A stretch of 64,000 bases of DNA from NCBI GenBank assembly GCA_031441465.1, contig JANOEP010000046.1, positions 69,359 to 133,358 of the forward strand, read 5' to 3'. Below, one piece after another: positions 11,073 through 20,567 of this stretch. The notes beneath the pieces were generated by a model. It did not search any database and was not told where the DNA came from. It was given only the letters and a program-made list of their open reading frames with translations. The translations under genes and the position numbers were made by a program. Every line of letters starts with the position of its first letter. Within the stretch, counting starts at the first letter, position 1. Origin of the DNA: a bacterium (lineage in GTDB: Bacteria > Krumholzibacteriota > Krumholzibacteriia > LZORAL124-64-63).

Positions 11073-11981
11073 TCAGAGGACCGAACCCTGATCGAAGCGC
11101 AGGCGGCCTTGTGCGAGCAGGACGCCGTGCCCGCCCACGCGGATCGCGCCGCAACGGCCGTCGTGGACCTCGGCCTCGGCGTACAGGCGGCTCGGGCGCC
11201 TCATTTCCAGTCCCTGCTCGCAGACGATGCGGACGTGGGGCTGCGGCGGCACCAGGCGGTGCTTGATCATGTACGCGATCAAGGCGCCCGCGGCGCTGCC
11301 GGTCGCCGCGTCCTCGGGGATGCCGAAGTCCTGGGCGAACATGCGGCAGTGCACGTCGACCCCGGCGCCCTCGGCCTCGCAGGTGAAGACGAAGAGGTCG
11401 CCGAAGCCGAGGTCGCGGGAGATCTCCCGCGCCGCGGCCCGATCGAAGCGGATGGACTGCACGGCCTCGAGCGAACCCATCGGGACGATGTGGATGGGCA
11501 GGCCCGCCGAGACGATCTCGCAGGGCAGGCCCGTGATGGCGATGTCCGTTTCCTCGACGCCCAGCGCCCGGGCCACCTTGCCCCGCTGGTAGTACTGCCC
11601 GATGAACTCCGCGGGCTCGTGGACCAGCGAGTACAGCGTGGCGCCGTCGACTTCCGACAGCACGACGGGGAACTCGCCGGCCTCGGTCCGCCAGTGGAAG
11701 CGGGTCTCGTCGCCCCCCCGTGCGATCCGGCCGCAGGCGTCCAGGCCGCAGGTGGCGCCCAGGATCGAAAGCCCCGACAAGGGGATCTCCCCCTTGGGCG
11801 TGAAGATCCGCAGCCGGGCGCGGTTGACGCCGCCGGGGTCCGGCTCCGCGAACACCGTCTCGCCGGTGCCCATCTCGCGGGCGATGACCTGGAGCAGGGC
11901 GGTCGGCACGCCGGCCGCGTCGGGGAACAGCGTCAGACGGCTGCCGCCGAACGGCACGCGCGTGTACAGGTCCAGGTGCAT
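11073..11981 (-). CDS. PhzF-family (phenazine-biosynthesis-like, DAP-epimerase fold) isomerase
   Basis: MHLDLYTRVPFGGSRLTLFPDA... and a two-domain PhzF-like pattern. An alternative upstream ATG at 12044 sits inside a putative -10 hexamer, so I prefer the shorter ORF. Confidence 0.75.
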   Translation of the reverse strand: MHLDLYTRVPFGGSRLTLFPDAAGVPTALLQVIAREMGTGETVFAEPDPGGVNRARLRIFTPKGEIPLSGLSILGATCGLDACGRIARGGDETRFHWRTEAGEFPVVLSEVDGATLYSLVHEPAEFIGQYYQRGKVARALGVEETDIAITGLPCEIVSAGLPIHIVPMGSLEAVQSIRFDRAAAREISRDLGFGDLFVFTCEAEGAGVDVHCRMFAQDFGIPEDAATGSAAGALIAYMIKHRLVPPQPHVRIVCEQGLEMRRPSRLYAEAEVHDGRCGAIRVGGHGVLLAQGRLRFDQGSVL

Positions 11982-12096
11982 GAATTCGCGTTCGAACAAG
12001 CGGATCCCCGTGGTTGCGTTGGGCTGCGGCAACTCAGCGGGCATCCTAACCGCTCGCCCGCGGCGGTGCAAGCAGGGGATGACGGGCAGGGGTGGC

Positions 12097-12105
12097 GGGG
12101 GGGGG
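12097..12105. repeat. G9/C9 homopolymeric tract in the acpS-PhzF intergenic region
   Basis: Nine consecutive G on the plus strand, lying about 26 nt upstream of a TTGCAC-N17-TAGGAT promoter-like element on the minus strand. Confidence 0.5.
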
Positions 12106-12110
12106 CGCCG

Positions 12111-12479
12111 TCAGTCGAGGACCACGACGGCCATGGCGATCTCGCGCTCGTGGCTGAGGGACAGCAGGACGCGCCCTCCCCCGCGCTCGCGCAGGGCCTC
12201 CGCCGCGCCGCCGTGCAACCGCAGGACCGCAGGACCGCCCTCGCAGTGGACGACCTCGACGTCGCGGTAGGCGATCGGGCCGGCGACTCCGATCGCCTTG
12301 ACGAAGGCCTCCTTCGCCGCCCAACGCGAGGCGAGGGTGGCCGGACCCTGGGCGCCGCGCCGCGCCGCCAGGGCGATCTCGTCGGGCCGGAAGCAGCGCT
12401 GCAGGAAGCGATCGCCGTGACGCTCGACCGCGGTGCGGATGCGCGCGACCTCGACGATGTCGCTGCCGAGCCCGCGCAT
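12111..12479 (-). CDS. acpS: Holo-[acyl-carrier-protein] synthase (4'-phosphopantetheinyl transferase)
   Basis: MRGLGSDIVEVARI...WAAKEAFVKAIG...SLSHEREIAMAVVVLD matches AcpS. Start placed at Met50 of the track ORF after an AAGGGAG Shine-Dalgarno sequence; it overlaps the upstream stop by 1 nt (TGATG). Confidence 0.88.
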   Translation of the reverse strand: MRGLGSDIVEVARIRTAVERHGDRFLQRCFRPDEIALAARRGAQGPATLASRWAAKEAFVKAIGVAGPIAYRDVEVVHCEGGPAVLRLHGGAAEALRERGGGRVLLSLSHEREIAMAVVVLD

Positions 12480-13180
12480 CAGTAGGCTCCCTTGCGCTCG
12501 ATCACGGCGGGGATCGTGCGCGACAGGATCCGCAGGTCGAAGACCGGCCCGCGCCGCCGCACGTACTCGAGATCCAGTTCCATCCAGTCCTCGAAATCCA
12601 AGTGGCTGCGCCCCGACACCTGCCACAGGCAGGTCAGCCCGGGCTTCACCTGGAGCCGCCGCGCCTGGGCGGGCGTGTACGCGGCCACCTCGCTGGGGAT
12701 CTGCGGACGCGGGCCGACCACCGACATCTCGCCGCGCAGCACGTTGTACAGCTGCGGGAACTCGTCGAGGCTGCTGCGCCGCAGGAAACGGCCGACGCCG
12801 GTGATGCGGGGGTCGCGCTCGATCTTGAAGGCGGCGCCGCTGGCCTCGTTCAGGTGGGCGAGGTCGTCCTTGCGGGTCTCGGCGTCCACGACCATCGAGC
12901 GGAACTTGTAGCAGTCGAAGGCGCGCCCCCGCAGGCCGACGCGGCGCTGGCGGAAGAACACCGGGCCCGGGGTGTCGAGCCTGATCAGGATGACGAGCAG
13001 CGGGAAGACCGGCAGCACCAGCAGCAGGCCGACGGCGGCTCCCAGGAGGTCCACGAGGCGCTTGACCGCGGCGCCGGCGGGATTGGCGGTGGGCACGGGC
13101 CCGTGGGGGTCGCGCGCGATGAAGGCGGCGTAGCCGCCGGCGGCGGCGTAGACATCCGCGTCGTCGAGGTGAGGGCTCAC
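12479..13180 (-). CDS. Polyprenyl-phosphate sugar-phosphate transferase (bacterial sugar transferase, WbaP/WcaJ C-terminal-domain type, small form)
   Basis: KRLVDLLGAAVGLLLVLP...RVGLRGRAFDCYKFRSM...DEFPQLYNVLRGEMSVVGPRP is the sugar-transferase signature. GTG start overlaps the upstream stop (GTGA). Confidence 0.85.
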   Translation of the reverse strand: MSPHLDDADVYAAAGGYAAFIARDPHGPVPTANPAGAAVKRLVDLLGAAVGLLLVLPVFPLLVILIRLDTPGPVFFRQRRVGLRGRAFDCYKFRSMVVDAETRKDDLAHLNEASGAAFKIERDPRITGVGRFLRRSSLDEFPQLYNVLRGEMSVVGPRPQIPSEVAAYTPAQARRLQVKPGLTCLWQVSGRSHLDFEDWMELDLEYVRRRGPVFDLRILSRTIPAVIERKGAY

Positions 13181-14754
13181 CGGACGGCCTCCCCGCCCGC
13201 CGCGGGCGCGCGCCGCCAGTGCAGGGCGGTCACGCCGGGGAACTCGCGCACCGCGACCACGTCGCCCAGATCGTCGAGCGCCGCCGGGAAGTGATGGCCC
13301 GGGTCGAGCGTCCCGCTGCGGCACAGGACCAGCCAGGCCTGGTCGGCGTCGCCGATCCGTTCGGACAAGGCGCCGACCACGGCGTCGCGGCCGACGAGCG
13401 CCCCGAGACCCCAGAAGTCGCGCACCTCGCCGCGGCCGTCGTAGTAGAGCCGGAACAGGTCGGTGACCACGGGCACGAGCACCGGGTCGCCCGCGGCGTC
13501 CTGGTTCGCGATCCAGACCGCGGCAGCCCGCACGTCGTCCTTGGCGTAGCGAGGATCGAGGTGGTAACTGCCCGACGACCACAGGGTCAACCCGAGCAGG
13601 GCCAGGCTCGCCACCCTCACCGTCCAGCCGTGCATCACGCTGAGCCCGTGTCCGGCCGCCAGCAGCAGGAAGGGGGCCGCCACCGCCAGGTAGCGGGGCG
13701 TGAAGGTCTTCACGTCGAGCAGGCGCATCGCGATGAGAGCGACGAACGGCACCACGATCCACAGCGCCGTTTCCCGGCGCCGCCGGCTGCGCCACCAGCC
13801 CGTGACCGTCGGGAAAGCGGCCGCGAGCGCGCCTGCGGCCAACAATGGCAGGTAGCGGCGGACGATCTCCAGGCGGTCGGGCCGGTGCAACTCCTCCAGC
13901 GTCGGGCCGAGGCTGAAGCCGTAGAAGAATGTGAACAGGGCGTAGGGGACGGCCAGGGGCGTCAGGCGTTCCTGGCCCTCGGGCAGCAGCCCGCCCCCGC
14001 CTCCCGGCGCCAGGCGTCCGGGATACCAGTAGCCTGTCGCCTGCAGCAGCCAGGGCAGGATGATCAGACCGGTCACCCCGAAGGCGACCGCCCAGCCGCG
14101 CCGGGCCTCGCCGCTTTGCGGGCGGTGCAGCAGGACCACACCCAGGACGTGGGCCACGATCAGCAACAGGGCCGACATGTTGCTCAGCACGGCGAGTCCG
14201 GCGAGCAGGCCGTAGGTCAACCCGCCCCGCGTCGAGGCGCCGTGCCGCTGCATGCGCAGCAGCTGCAGGGTCGCCGCCATGGCGAGCAGGACCATCAGGG
14301 AATAGCCGCGCGCTTCCTGCCCGTACCAGACGTGGAACGGGTTGAGGGCGAGCAGCAGGGCCGCCCAGGCACCGGTCGACCGGTCGCGCCATTCGCTGCC
14401 GAGTTTGTACATCAGCGGGACGGCCAGGATGCCGGCCAGCGCCGCCGGCAGCCGCAATAGCCATTCGGGGGAGGCCGGTTGCCCGGGGCGCCAGCTCAGC
14501 AGCAGGTACAGGGGCCCCTGGATGTTGTCGCGGAACTGCTCCCAGAGCCCGTGGCCGGCGCCGGGATGGAGGTTGTGCCAGGTCTGGTACTCGTCGATCC
14601 AGAGCGGCGAAGCGCCGAGGTGGTAACCGCGCAGGATGGCCGCCGCGGCCGTCACCAGGATCACGAACAGGAGCCTTTCGCTGCGCCGACCGGCGGGATC
14701 GAGCGCGGGCATGGCCCCCAGTCGAAAGTCGGCGTGCTCCCGGCGCGAACTCAT
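13177..14754 (-). CDS. GT39/ArnT-PMT-family membrane glycosyltransferase (aminoarabinose/mannosyltransferase-like)
   Basis: ILRGYHLGASPLWIDEYQTWH..., about 11 TM helices and a periplasmic C-terminal domain. ATG start after a GGAGG Shine-Dalgarno sequence, overlapping the upstream stop (ATGA). Confidence 0.75.
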   Translation of the reverse strand: MSSRREHADFRLGAMPALDPAGRRSERLLFVILVTAAAAILRGYHLGASPLWIDEYQTWHNLHPGAGHGLWEQFRDNIQGPLYLLLSWRPGQPASPEWLLRLPAALAGILAVPLMYKLGSEWRDRSTGAWAALLLALNPFHVWYGQEARGYSLMVLLAMAATLQLLRMQRHGASTRGGLTYGLLAGLAVLSNMSALLLIVAHVLGVVLLHRPQSGEARRGWAVAFGVTGLIILPWLLQATGYWYPGRLAPGGGGGLLPEGQERLTPLAVPYALFTFFYGFSLGPTLEELHRPDRLEIVRRYLPLLAAGALAAAFPTVTGWWRSRRRRETALWIVVPFVALIAMRLLDVKTFTPRYLAVAAPFLLLAAGHGLSVMHGWTVRVASLALLGLTLWSSGSYHLDPRYAKDDVRAAAVWIANQDAAGDPVLVPVVTDLFRLYYDGRGEVRDFWGLGALVGRDAVVGALSERIGDADQAWLVLCRSGTLDPGHHFPAALDDLGDVVAVREFPGVTALHWRRAPAAGGEAVR

Positions 14755-15581
14755 GGCCGGACCTCCGATGACAGGGGACGGCCGAGCCGGAACGATTTCA
14801 AGGAAGCGTCGATGGCGCCGACCTTCACTTTCGTCTTCATGAGCACGGGCAGGCGGTGCTCGTCGTCGCTCAGCCAGATCGTGAGGTCGCCCTCGAACTG
14901 GAAGAGCCCTTCGCCCTGGATGACCGGCTGCACGACGAGGCAGTCGAACGTGCCGGCCGCCACGGTGATCCGCTCGCGTCCCTGGACGTTGACAACGAGG
15001 TCGTAGGTCTTGCGCGAACTGTGCGTGGTCACGAGCGCCGGCTGCCCTGGTTCCAGCGGCAGGGTGCGGACGAAGTAGAACGCCGACAAAATGTCCTGGA
15101 CCCCGGTCGGAACGTCCTCGTCGTGGCCGTCGAGATGGCGGGCCTTCCCCGCCTCCTGTTCGTAACGGATCGCCACGTTCTTGCGATAGTCGCCTTCGCG
15201 CAGCCGCTTGCTGAAGTAGCGCGTCGCGAGTGTCCGCACGTCGATGTGGGTGATGACCTTGTCCCGGACGAGGTAGAACGCCGAGAAGAATCGGTTGGAC
15301 GTGGCCTTGCTCTCCACGGGATAGCACGGGTGGCCGCCGGAATCGATGACCTCCCCGACTTCCAGGGAGGCCTCGCCGGCGTTGACGGGTCCGTAGTCGA
15401 TCGAAAAGACCAACAGCTCGCCCGGCCCGTAGGGAACCGGGTGGATCGCGGCGGCAGTATCCGGTGCGGAGGCGGTCGTTTCCGCGCCAGCGGCCACGGC
15501 GGGGGCGGTCGCCAGGACGGCGAGCGCCGCCGCGGCCAGGGCCGCCGGCAGGGTTCCCGCCCGGCCTCGTCGCAGGTTCAT
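14751..15581 (-). CDS. Secreted DUF3108-like protein
   Basis: Signal peptide (MNLRRGRAGTLPAALAAAALAVLATAPAVAAG), then a GELLVFSIDYGPVNAGEASLEV... beta-rich domain. GGAGG Shine-Dalgarno sequence; ATGA overlap with the upstream stop. Confidence 0.6.
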   Translation of the reverse strand: MNLRRGRAGTLPAALAAAALAVLATAPAVAAGAETTASAPDTAAAIHPVPYGPGELLVFSIDYGPVNAGEASLEVGEVIDSGGHPCYPVESKATSNRFFSAFYLVRDKVITHIDVRTLATRYFSKRLREGDYRKNVAIRYEQEAGKARHLDGHDEDVPTGVQDILSAFYFVRTLPLEPGQPALVTTHSSRKTYDLVVNVQGRERITVAAGTFDCLVVQPVIQGEGLFQFEGDLTIWLSDDEHRLPVLMKTKVKVGAIDASLKSFRLGRPLSSEVRP

Positions 15582-16651
15582 GTGGCCTCCCTCGCTGCGC
15601 CCCGCAGGCGCTCCAGAATGGTATCCAGGGCCTCCAGCACGCGTTCGGCACGCAGACCGGTCATGCAGGGATGACCGGCCACCGGACACTCCAACAAGTC
15701 GCAGGGGGAACATGGTTCCCCGGTTCGCACCATGATATGCAAGGGATGTTCCGGGTTCCAGCCTCGCGGGTCCGTCGGGCCGAACAGGGTGACCGTCGGC
15801 ACGCCCAGACCGGCGGCGATGTGGCGCGGGCCGCAGTCGGTCGCCACCAGGACGTCGAGCCGGCTCAGGAGGCCGGTCAGATCCAGCAGATCCGTGTTCG
15901 GGGCGACCGGCAGACTGGGATCTTCCGCCCGGACGGCCGCCACGAGCGCGCCGTCGCCGGGACCCGGAATCAGCAACACGGCGGCGCCGCGCGCGACGAG
16001 AGCCTGCATCAGTCGCACGGCCTCGGCGGCCGGCCAAGCCTTGACGGGCCACGTCGCACTCAGGGTCAGGCCGATCCGGGGGCGGCCTCCGGTTCCGGGC
16101 CAGCCGATCCCGGGCGCCGCCGCGACCCGGTCCGGCCCAGCTGGTTCCGCGGTGAAATCGCCGGGCCGCCAGGGCTCGGCCTCGGCGCCCAGGGTCCGGA
16201 CGAGATCCAGAAATCCTTCGGCCGCGAACTGCCGCAATCGCCGCCCCTCGAGACGGTCGCGCGGCACCGGCAGGTTGTAGGCCCATCGGCGCCAGCGCAG
16301 TGCGTAGCCGGCCCGCCAGCGGGCGCCGCTCAAGGCGGTCCACAGGGCCGTGCGCGGCGTGCTCAGGACGTCCACCACCAGGTCGTACCGCTGCGCGCGC
16401 AGGTGGGGGATCCAACCCGCCGGCGCGTCCGCACGCTCCGGAGGCCAACCCACCACCCGGATGCGGTCGGCGACTTCGCGCAACAAGGGGACGAAAGGCC
16501 GGTCCACGAGCAGATCGACCTCGGCCTGCGGGCAAGCCGCGGCCAGCGCCCGCACCGCCGGCAGCGTGACCACGACGTCGCCGAGGGCTCGCCGGCGGAT
16601 CACCAGGATCCGGCGCAGCTGCGGCAGCTCGGCGAAGAAGGACCGGTTCAT
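15578..16651 (-). CDS. Glycosyltransferase family 9 (LPS heptosyltransferase)
   Basis: ILVIRRRALGDVVVTLPAVRAL at the N-terminus and ...GPGDGALVAAV...LLSRLDVLVATDCGPRHIAAGLGVPTVTLFGPTDP at the C-terminus are GT9 hallmarks. ATGA overlap. Confidence 0.85.
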   Translation of the reverse strand: MNRSFFAELPQLRRILVIRRRALGDVVVTLPAVRALAAACPQAEVDLLVDRPFVPLLREVADRIRVVGWPPERADAPAGWIPHLRAQRYDLVVDVLSTPRTALWTALSGARWRAGYALRWRRWAYNLPVPRDRLEGRRLRQFAAEGFLDLVRTLGAEAEPWRPGDFTAEPAGPDRVAAAPGIGWPGTGGRPRIGLTLSATWPVKAWPAAEAVRLMQALVARGAAVLLIPGPGDGALVAAVRAEDPSLPVAPNTDLLDLTGLLSRLDVLVATDCGPRHIAAGLGVPTVTLFGPTDPRGWNPEHPLHIMVRTGEPCSPCDLLECPVAGHPCMTGLRAERVLEALDTILERLRGAAREAT

Positions 16652-17799
16652 CGTCCGGCCCCCGGACCGCCGAGTGCCGACAGCGCCTCGGCGACGACGG
16701 CGGGCGACAAGGCGGGCAGGCAGACGAATTCCTCCGGTGGGCAGGCGTGGCGGTCGCAGGGATGGCAGGCGGGCCGCGTGCACAGCACCCGGTAGGGCCC
16801 GAAGCTCTCGTAGGGGAACCAGATCGCGGGATCCGTCGGACCGAACAACGCCAGCGTGGGCCGGCCGCAGGCCACCGCAGCGTGGGTGAGGCCGCCGTCG
16901 ACCGCCACGACCGCATCCGCGCCGGCGACCACCGCCAGCGCAGCGGCCAGTCCCAGCAACGGCAGTCGTCCGCCCGGCGTACCGTCGGTCCACGCGCCGC
17001 CCGTCAGCACGCCGCCGGGCGCGGCAAGCTCAACGACGGGCCGCCGGTCCGTAACGGCCAAACGGGTGTGCAAGTCGTCCCACGACGCGCGGGGCCAGGC
17101 CTTGGCCGGCCAGGTGGCGCCGGGCGCGAACAGCAGGTACGGTCGGCCCGCGCCGATGCCGAGCGCCGCCAGCGCGGCGCCGGCCGCGGCGCTGGGCGCC
17201 ACGTGCAGACGTGGCGGCAATCCCCGCGGGTATTCGCGCAGGTACCAGTCCCGGAACGACAGACCGCTCGGGACGTGCGCCAACGGCAGCAGACGGCCGA
17301 GGAGTTCGCCCAGCCCGCCGGGAGCGGCGGCGCGGAACGCCGGGTCCTGCTGCAGCGACGGGACGCTGACGGGATGCGTGGCGAGTCGGCGGCGCCATCC
17401 CCGATCACCGCCGATGCGCCGCGGCGCACCGGCCAGGCGCAGCAGCAGGGCGCTGCGCGGGTTGGCGAAGAGGTCCACGGAGAGGTCGTAGCGGGCGCGC
17501 CGCAAGTCGCCGACCGTCGCCGCCGCGGTGCGGCCTCCCGGCCCGTCGGCGGGCGCCGTCGGGCGCGAGGCGGCGCCGGAGCCGCGCGCGTCCCGCGCCA
17601 GCACGTGCAGGCGCTGCAGGCGCGGGTCACCGGCGAGCAGGGGGGCGGCCGGCGACTCGCAGAGGTAACCGAGGCGCAGTTCGGGATCGCCGCGGCGCAG
17701 GACTTCGAGCACGACGGTCGACATCACCACGTCGCCGAGGAAGCGCAGCCGGCTGACCAGGATCGCGCCGAGGGGGCGCCCGTCGAGGGTCCAACTCAC
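16648..17799 (-). CDS. Glycosyltransferase family 9 (LPS heptosyltransferase)
   Basis: ILVSRLRFLGDVVMSTVVLEVL...VVAVDGGLTHAAVACGRPTLALFGPTDP. GTGA overlap. Confidence 0.85.
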   Translation of the reverse strand: MSWTLDGRPLGAILVSRLRFLGDVVMSTVVLEVLRRGDPELRLGYLCESPAAPLLAGDPRLQRLHVLARDARGSGAASRPTAPADGPGGRTAAATVGDLRRARYDLSVDLFANPRSALLLRLAGAPRRIGGDRGWRRRLATHPVSVPSLQQDPAFRAAAPGGLGELLGRLLPLAHVPSGLSFRDWYLREYPRGLPPRLHVAPSAAAGAALAALGIGAGRPYLLFAPGATWPAKAWPRASWDDLHTRLAVTDRRPVVELAAPGGVLTGGAWTDGTPGGRLPLLGLAAALAVVAGADAVVAVDGGLTHAAVACGRPTLALFGPTDPAIWFPYESFGPYRVLCTRPACHPCDRHACPPEEFVCLPALSPAVVAEALSALGGPGAGR

Positions 17800-19481
17800 G
17801 CCTTCGCCTCCCGCAGGACATGATCGACGGCGCGGGCCAGGTTCGCCACGGTGGGCACGCGCCAGGCCGGATCGAGGTCGCGGGCGCTCAGGTTGCCCTT
17901 GCCCGTGCGCACCAACACGGCGCTCAGGCCCGCATGACGCGCGAGCAGCACGTCGGACACCTTGTCGCCCACCATCCAGGCGCGCGCGGGCTCCCACGCA
18001 TAGTGGCGGGCAGCGGCCTGGAGCAGGCCGGGGCGCGGCTTGCGGCAATGGCAGTCCGCATCGGGCGCGTGCGGGCAGTAGTAGACGCCGTCGAGGTACA
18101 CGTCGTCCGCGGCGAGCAGGGCGTCGACGCGCTTCTGGACGGCGGCGAACTCCTCGAACGTGTAGTAGCCGCGGCCCAGCCCCGACTGGTTGGTGAGCAT
18201 GATCAGGCGGAACCCGGCCAACTGGGCCTTGCGCAGGGCCGCGCCGGCGCCCGCGATCAGCGCCACGGCGCGCGGGTCGTGGAGGTAGTCGCCGTCGTGG
18301 ATGACCACACCGTCGCGGTCCAGGAACAGGGTCGGCCGTACGGGCTGCGGCTCCCTCACGCCCAGAGGTTTCCAGACACCCGCCTCCCCCGACTCCTGCC
18401 CGGGGACCAGGGAGCGGGCCGCGGCCAGGACGCGGCGCGGTGTGATCGTCTCGAGGCAGAAGCGCGGCTCGGGGCACGTGCGCAGGAAGCAGGGATGACA
18501 GGGGAAATCCTCGACCGCCACGACCGTGGTGCGCGCGCCGCGGGGTCCCGTCCAGATGGGACTGGAAGAGCCGAACAGCCCCACCGTCGGCGTGCCGAGG
18601 GCCGCCGCCAAGTGCATCGGCCCGCTGTCGTTGCCCACGAAGAGGTCCGCCCCGCGCAACAGCGCGGCCAGGCCGGGCAGGCTCGTGCGACCGACCATAT
18701 CACAGCAGCCGGGCGTCGTGCCGGGGTTGCCGGTCCCCTGGTCGTCCGACCAGGGGGCGCCGCAGGCAGCGCGCACGCGTTCGGCCAGCCGGCGCGCCGG
18801 CGGGTCGCCGATCAGCACGACGCGCGCGCCGGCCTCGGCAACGGCCAGTTCGACGAAGCCGGCGACGGCGTCTGGTGGCCAGCTCTTCGCGTCGCCGTAG
18901 GTCGTGCCGACGGACACGACCCAGACGGGCGGCCCGGGCGGGATGGGCGGCGCGGCCTCGGAACACACCTTGCCCGCCAGGGTCGGCGCCGGCGCCGCGG
19001 ACCATTCCCCGCCGCGCCATGCCTGCGCCAGCAGGGCGAGTTCCTCGGTGTAGTGGCGCGAACAGCGCGGCGGTCTGGGCAGCGCGTCGGTCAGCAGGGC
19101 GCCGCGCTGCTCGCCGCGGAACCCCAGGCGCCTCGGGATCCCGGCCAACCGCGCCACCGCGGCCGCGCGCAGCGACGGCGGCAACACGAACACGGCGTCG
19201 AAGTCTCCCTCGCGCCACTGCCGCGCCAGGCGCAGCGCGCCTCGCCAGCCCGCGTGGTCGCCTTCGCGTTCGTAGATCAGGAGTCCGTGGAGGCGGGGGT
19301 CGCCTTCCAGCAAGGGAGCCCAGCGGTCCCGCACCGCGACGTGGATTTCGGGCGGCGCCTCGCCTTCCCGCGCCGCGACCAAGGAGGCCAACAGCGAGGT
19401 CGACATCACGAGGTCCCCGAGCCAGTTCGGGGCCACGACGAGCAGGCGCGGCCGTCGGGACATGACTTCCTCTCGGCTCAT
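17796..19481 (-). CDS. Fusion protein: GT9 heptosyltransferase (N-terminus) plus D-glycero-D-manno-heptose-1,7-bisphosphate phosphatase GmhB (C-terminus, HAD family)
   Basis: The N-terminus (LLVVAPNWLGDLVMSTSLLASL...NDSGPMHLAAALGTPTVGLFGSSSP) is GT9. The C-terminus (LFLDRDGVVIHDGDYLHDP...MLTNQSGLGRGYYT...YYCPHAPDADCHCRKPRPGLL...MVGDKVSDV) matches GmhB including its Cys-rich zinc loop. ATGA overlap with the upstream stop. Confidence 0.85.
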   Translation of the reverse strand: MSREEVMSRRPRLLVVAPNWLGDLVMSTSLLASLVAAREGEAPPEIHVAVRDRWAPLLEGDPRLHGLLIYEREGDHAGWRGALRLARQWREGDFDAVFVLPPSLRAAAVARLAGIPRRLGFRGEQRGALLTDALPRPPRCSRHYTEELALLAQAWRGGEWSAAPAPTLAGKVCSEAAPPIPPGPPVWVVSVGTTYGDAKSWPPDAVAGFVELAVAEAGARVVLIGDPPARRLAERVRAACGAPWSDDQGTGNPGTTPGCCDMVGRTSLPGLAALLRGADLFVGNDSGPMHLAAALGTPTVGLFGSSSPIWTGPRGARTTVVAVEDFPCHPCFLRTCPEPRFCLETITPRRVLAAARSLVPGQESGEAGVWKPLGVREPQPVRPTLFLDRDGVVIHDGDYLHDPRAVALIAGAGAALRKAQLAGFRLIMLTNQSGLGRGYYTFEEFAAVQKRVDALLAADDVYLDGVYYCPHAPDADCHCRKPRPGLLQAAARHYAWEPARAWMVGDKVSDVLLARHAGLSAVLVRTGKGNLSARDLDPAWRVPTVANLARAVDHVLREAKA

Positions 19482-20551
19482 CGAGCGGCGCGGATCGCCG
19501 CGAACGCGTCCAGCAGGGTGTCGGGATCGATCCGCTGCCCGTCCTTGACGCGCAGGATCCGCACCTGCGGCTGCTCGGTGGGCACCCACTCGGGCCCGTC
19601 CTGCTCCAGGAACAGGCCCAGGGTCGGCACGCCGGCCGCCGCCGCGAAATGGAAGAGGTCCGTGTTGCCGGCGATCACCACGTCACAGACCGCAGCGAAC
19701 AGCACGACGTCGAACAGCGTGTCGCACGGCAGGCTCATCGGGGCCGCGCCGAGACCGGCCACCAGGGACGCGACACGCTCGGTGTCCGCGGACACGGTCA
19801 GGGGCAGCACCCGGCACGGGACCTGGCTCTCCAGCTGGCGCAACAGGTGATGGAAGTTCGGCGCCGCCAGCGCGACACCCGACTTGCCCGCCGTCGGATC
19901 GAAGCCCACCAGGACCTCGTCCTGCCGCGGCTTGTTGAAGTGCACGAGCTGGCGCGCGCGCCGCAGTTTCTCGTCCGGCAAGGGCCAACCGCGACGGGCC
20001 GCTTGGCGGGGCAACCCCAGGAACGGGGCCGCCGCCGCCAGACACTCGCCGCGGTAGCGCACACCGTCGTCGCGGCGGCGGATCTCGAAGTTGACCGCCG
20101 GGTAAGCGCCCGGGTGCGACGGCCCCATCCGCAACGGCGCTCCGGTCGCCAGCGACACCGTCTCGAGGGCGGGTTGCGGCGCGAAGGACATCACCAGGCT
20201 GAAGTCGTACGCTTCCTTGCGCACGCTCTTGAGCAGGGCGTGGCAGGAGGGGCTCCACAGTTTCAACTGGCGCGGCTGGTAGACCAGGCACTGGCGCGCG
20301 ATCCCGCTGGGCGCGACCAGGGACACGTGCGCCTCGGGCAGCAGGAAATCGATGCGGGCGCGCGGATGGCGCTCGCGGATCGCCTGCAGCAGCGGCATGT
20401 GGAACAGCAGATCGGACAGGTCGCCGGTGTCGATGGCCAGCAGCAGCGGCTCATCCCCCAGCTCCCCCGGCAGCGAGAAACCCTCGCTCCCGCCCCGCAG
20501 GAAGAAACGGTCGACGAGGCTCCTGACCAGTCTGCCCTCGGCGAAGCTCAT
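19478..20551 (-). CDS. Divergent GT9-like glycosyltransferase
   Basis: ADP-heptose-LPS-heptosyltransferase-like architecture ([23 protein letters not shown]...[23 protein letters not shown]). Only 14 nt separate it from the lon stop. Confidence 0.6.
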   Translation of the reverse strand: MSFAEGRLVRSLVDRFFLRGGSEGFSLPGELGDEPLLLAIDTGDLSDLLFHMPLLQAIRERHPRARIDFLLPEAHVSLVAPSGIARQCLVYQPRQLKLWSPSCHALLKSVRKEAYDFSLVMSFAPQPALETVSLATGAPLRMGPSHPGAYPAVNFEIRRRDDGVRYRGECLAAAAPFLGLPRQAARRGWPLPDEKLRRARQLVHFNKPRQDEVLVGFDPTAGKSGVALAAPNFHHLLRQLESQVPCRVLPLTVSADTERVASLVAGLGAAPMSLPCDTLFDVVLFAAVCDVVIAGNTDLFHFAAAAGVPTLGLFLEQDGPEWVPTEQPQVRILRVKDGQRIDPDTLLDAFAAIRAAR

Positions 20552-20567
20552 GGCCGGCCGCCGGCGC

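Noticed and set aside
12044-12044. Longer PhzF ORF starting at ATG 12044 (or the TTG at 12071)
   Set aside because: That ATG lies inside the putative -10 hexamer TAGGAT. The MHLDLY start at 11981 aligns with PhzF N-termini.
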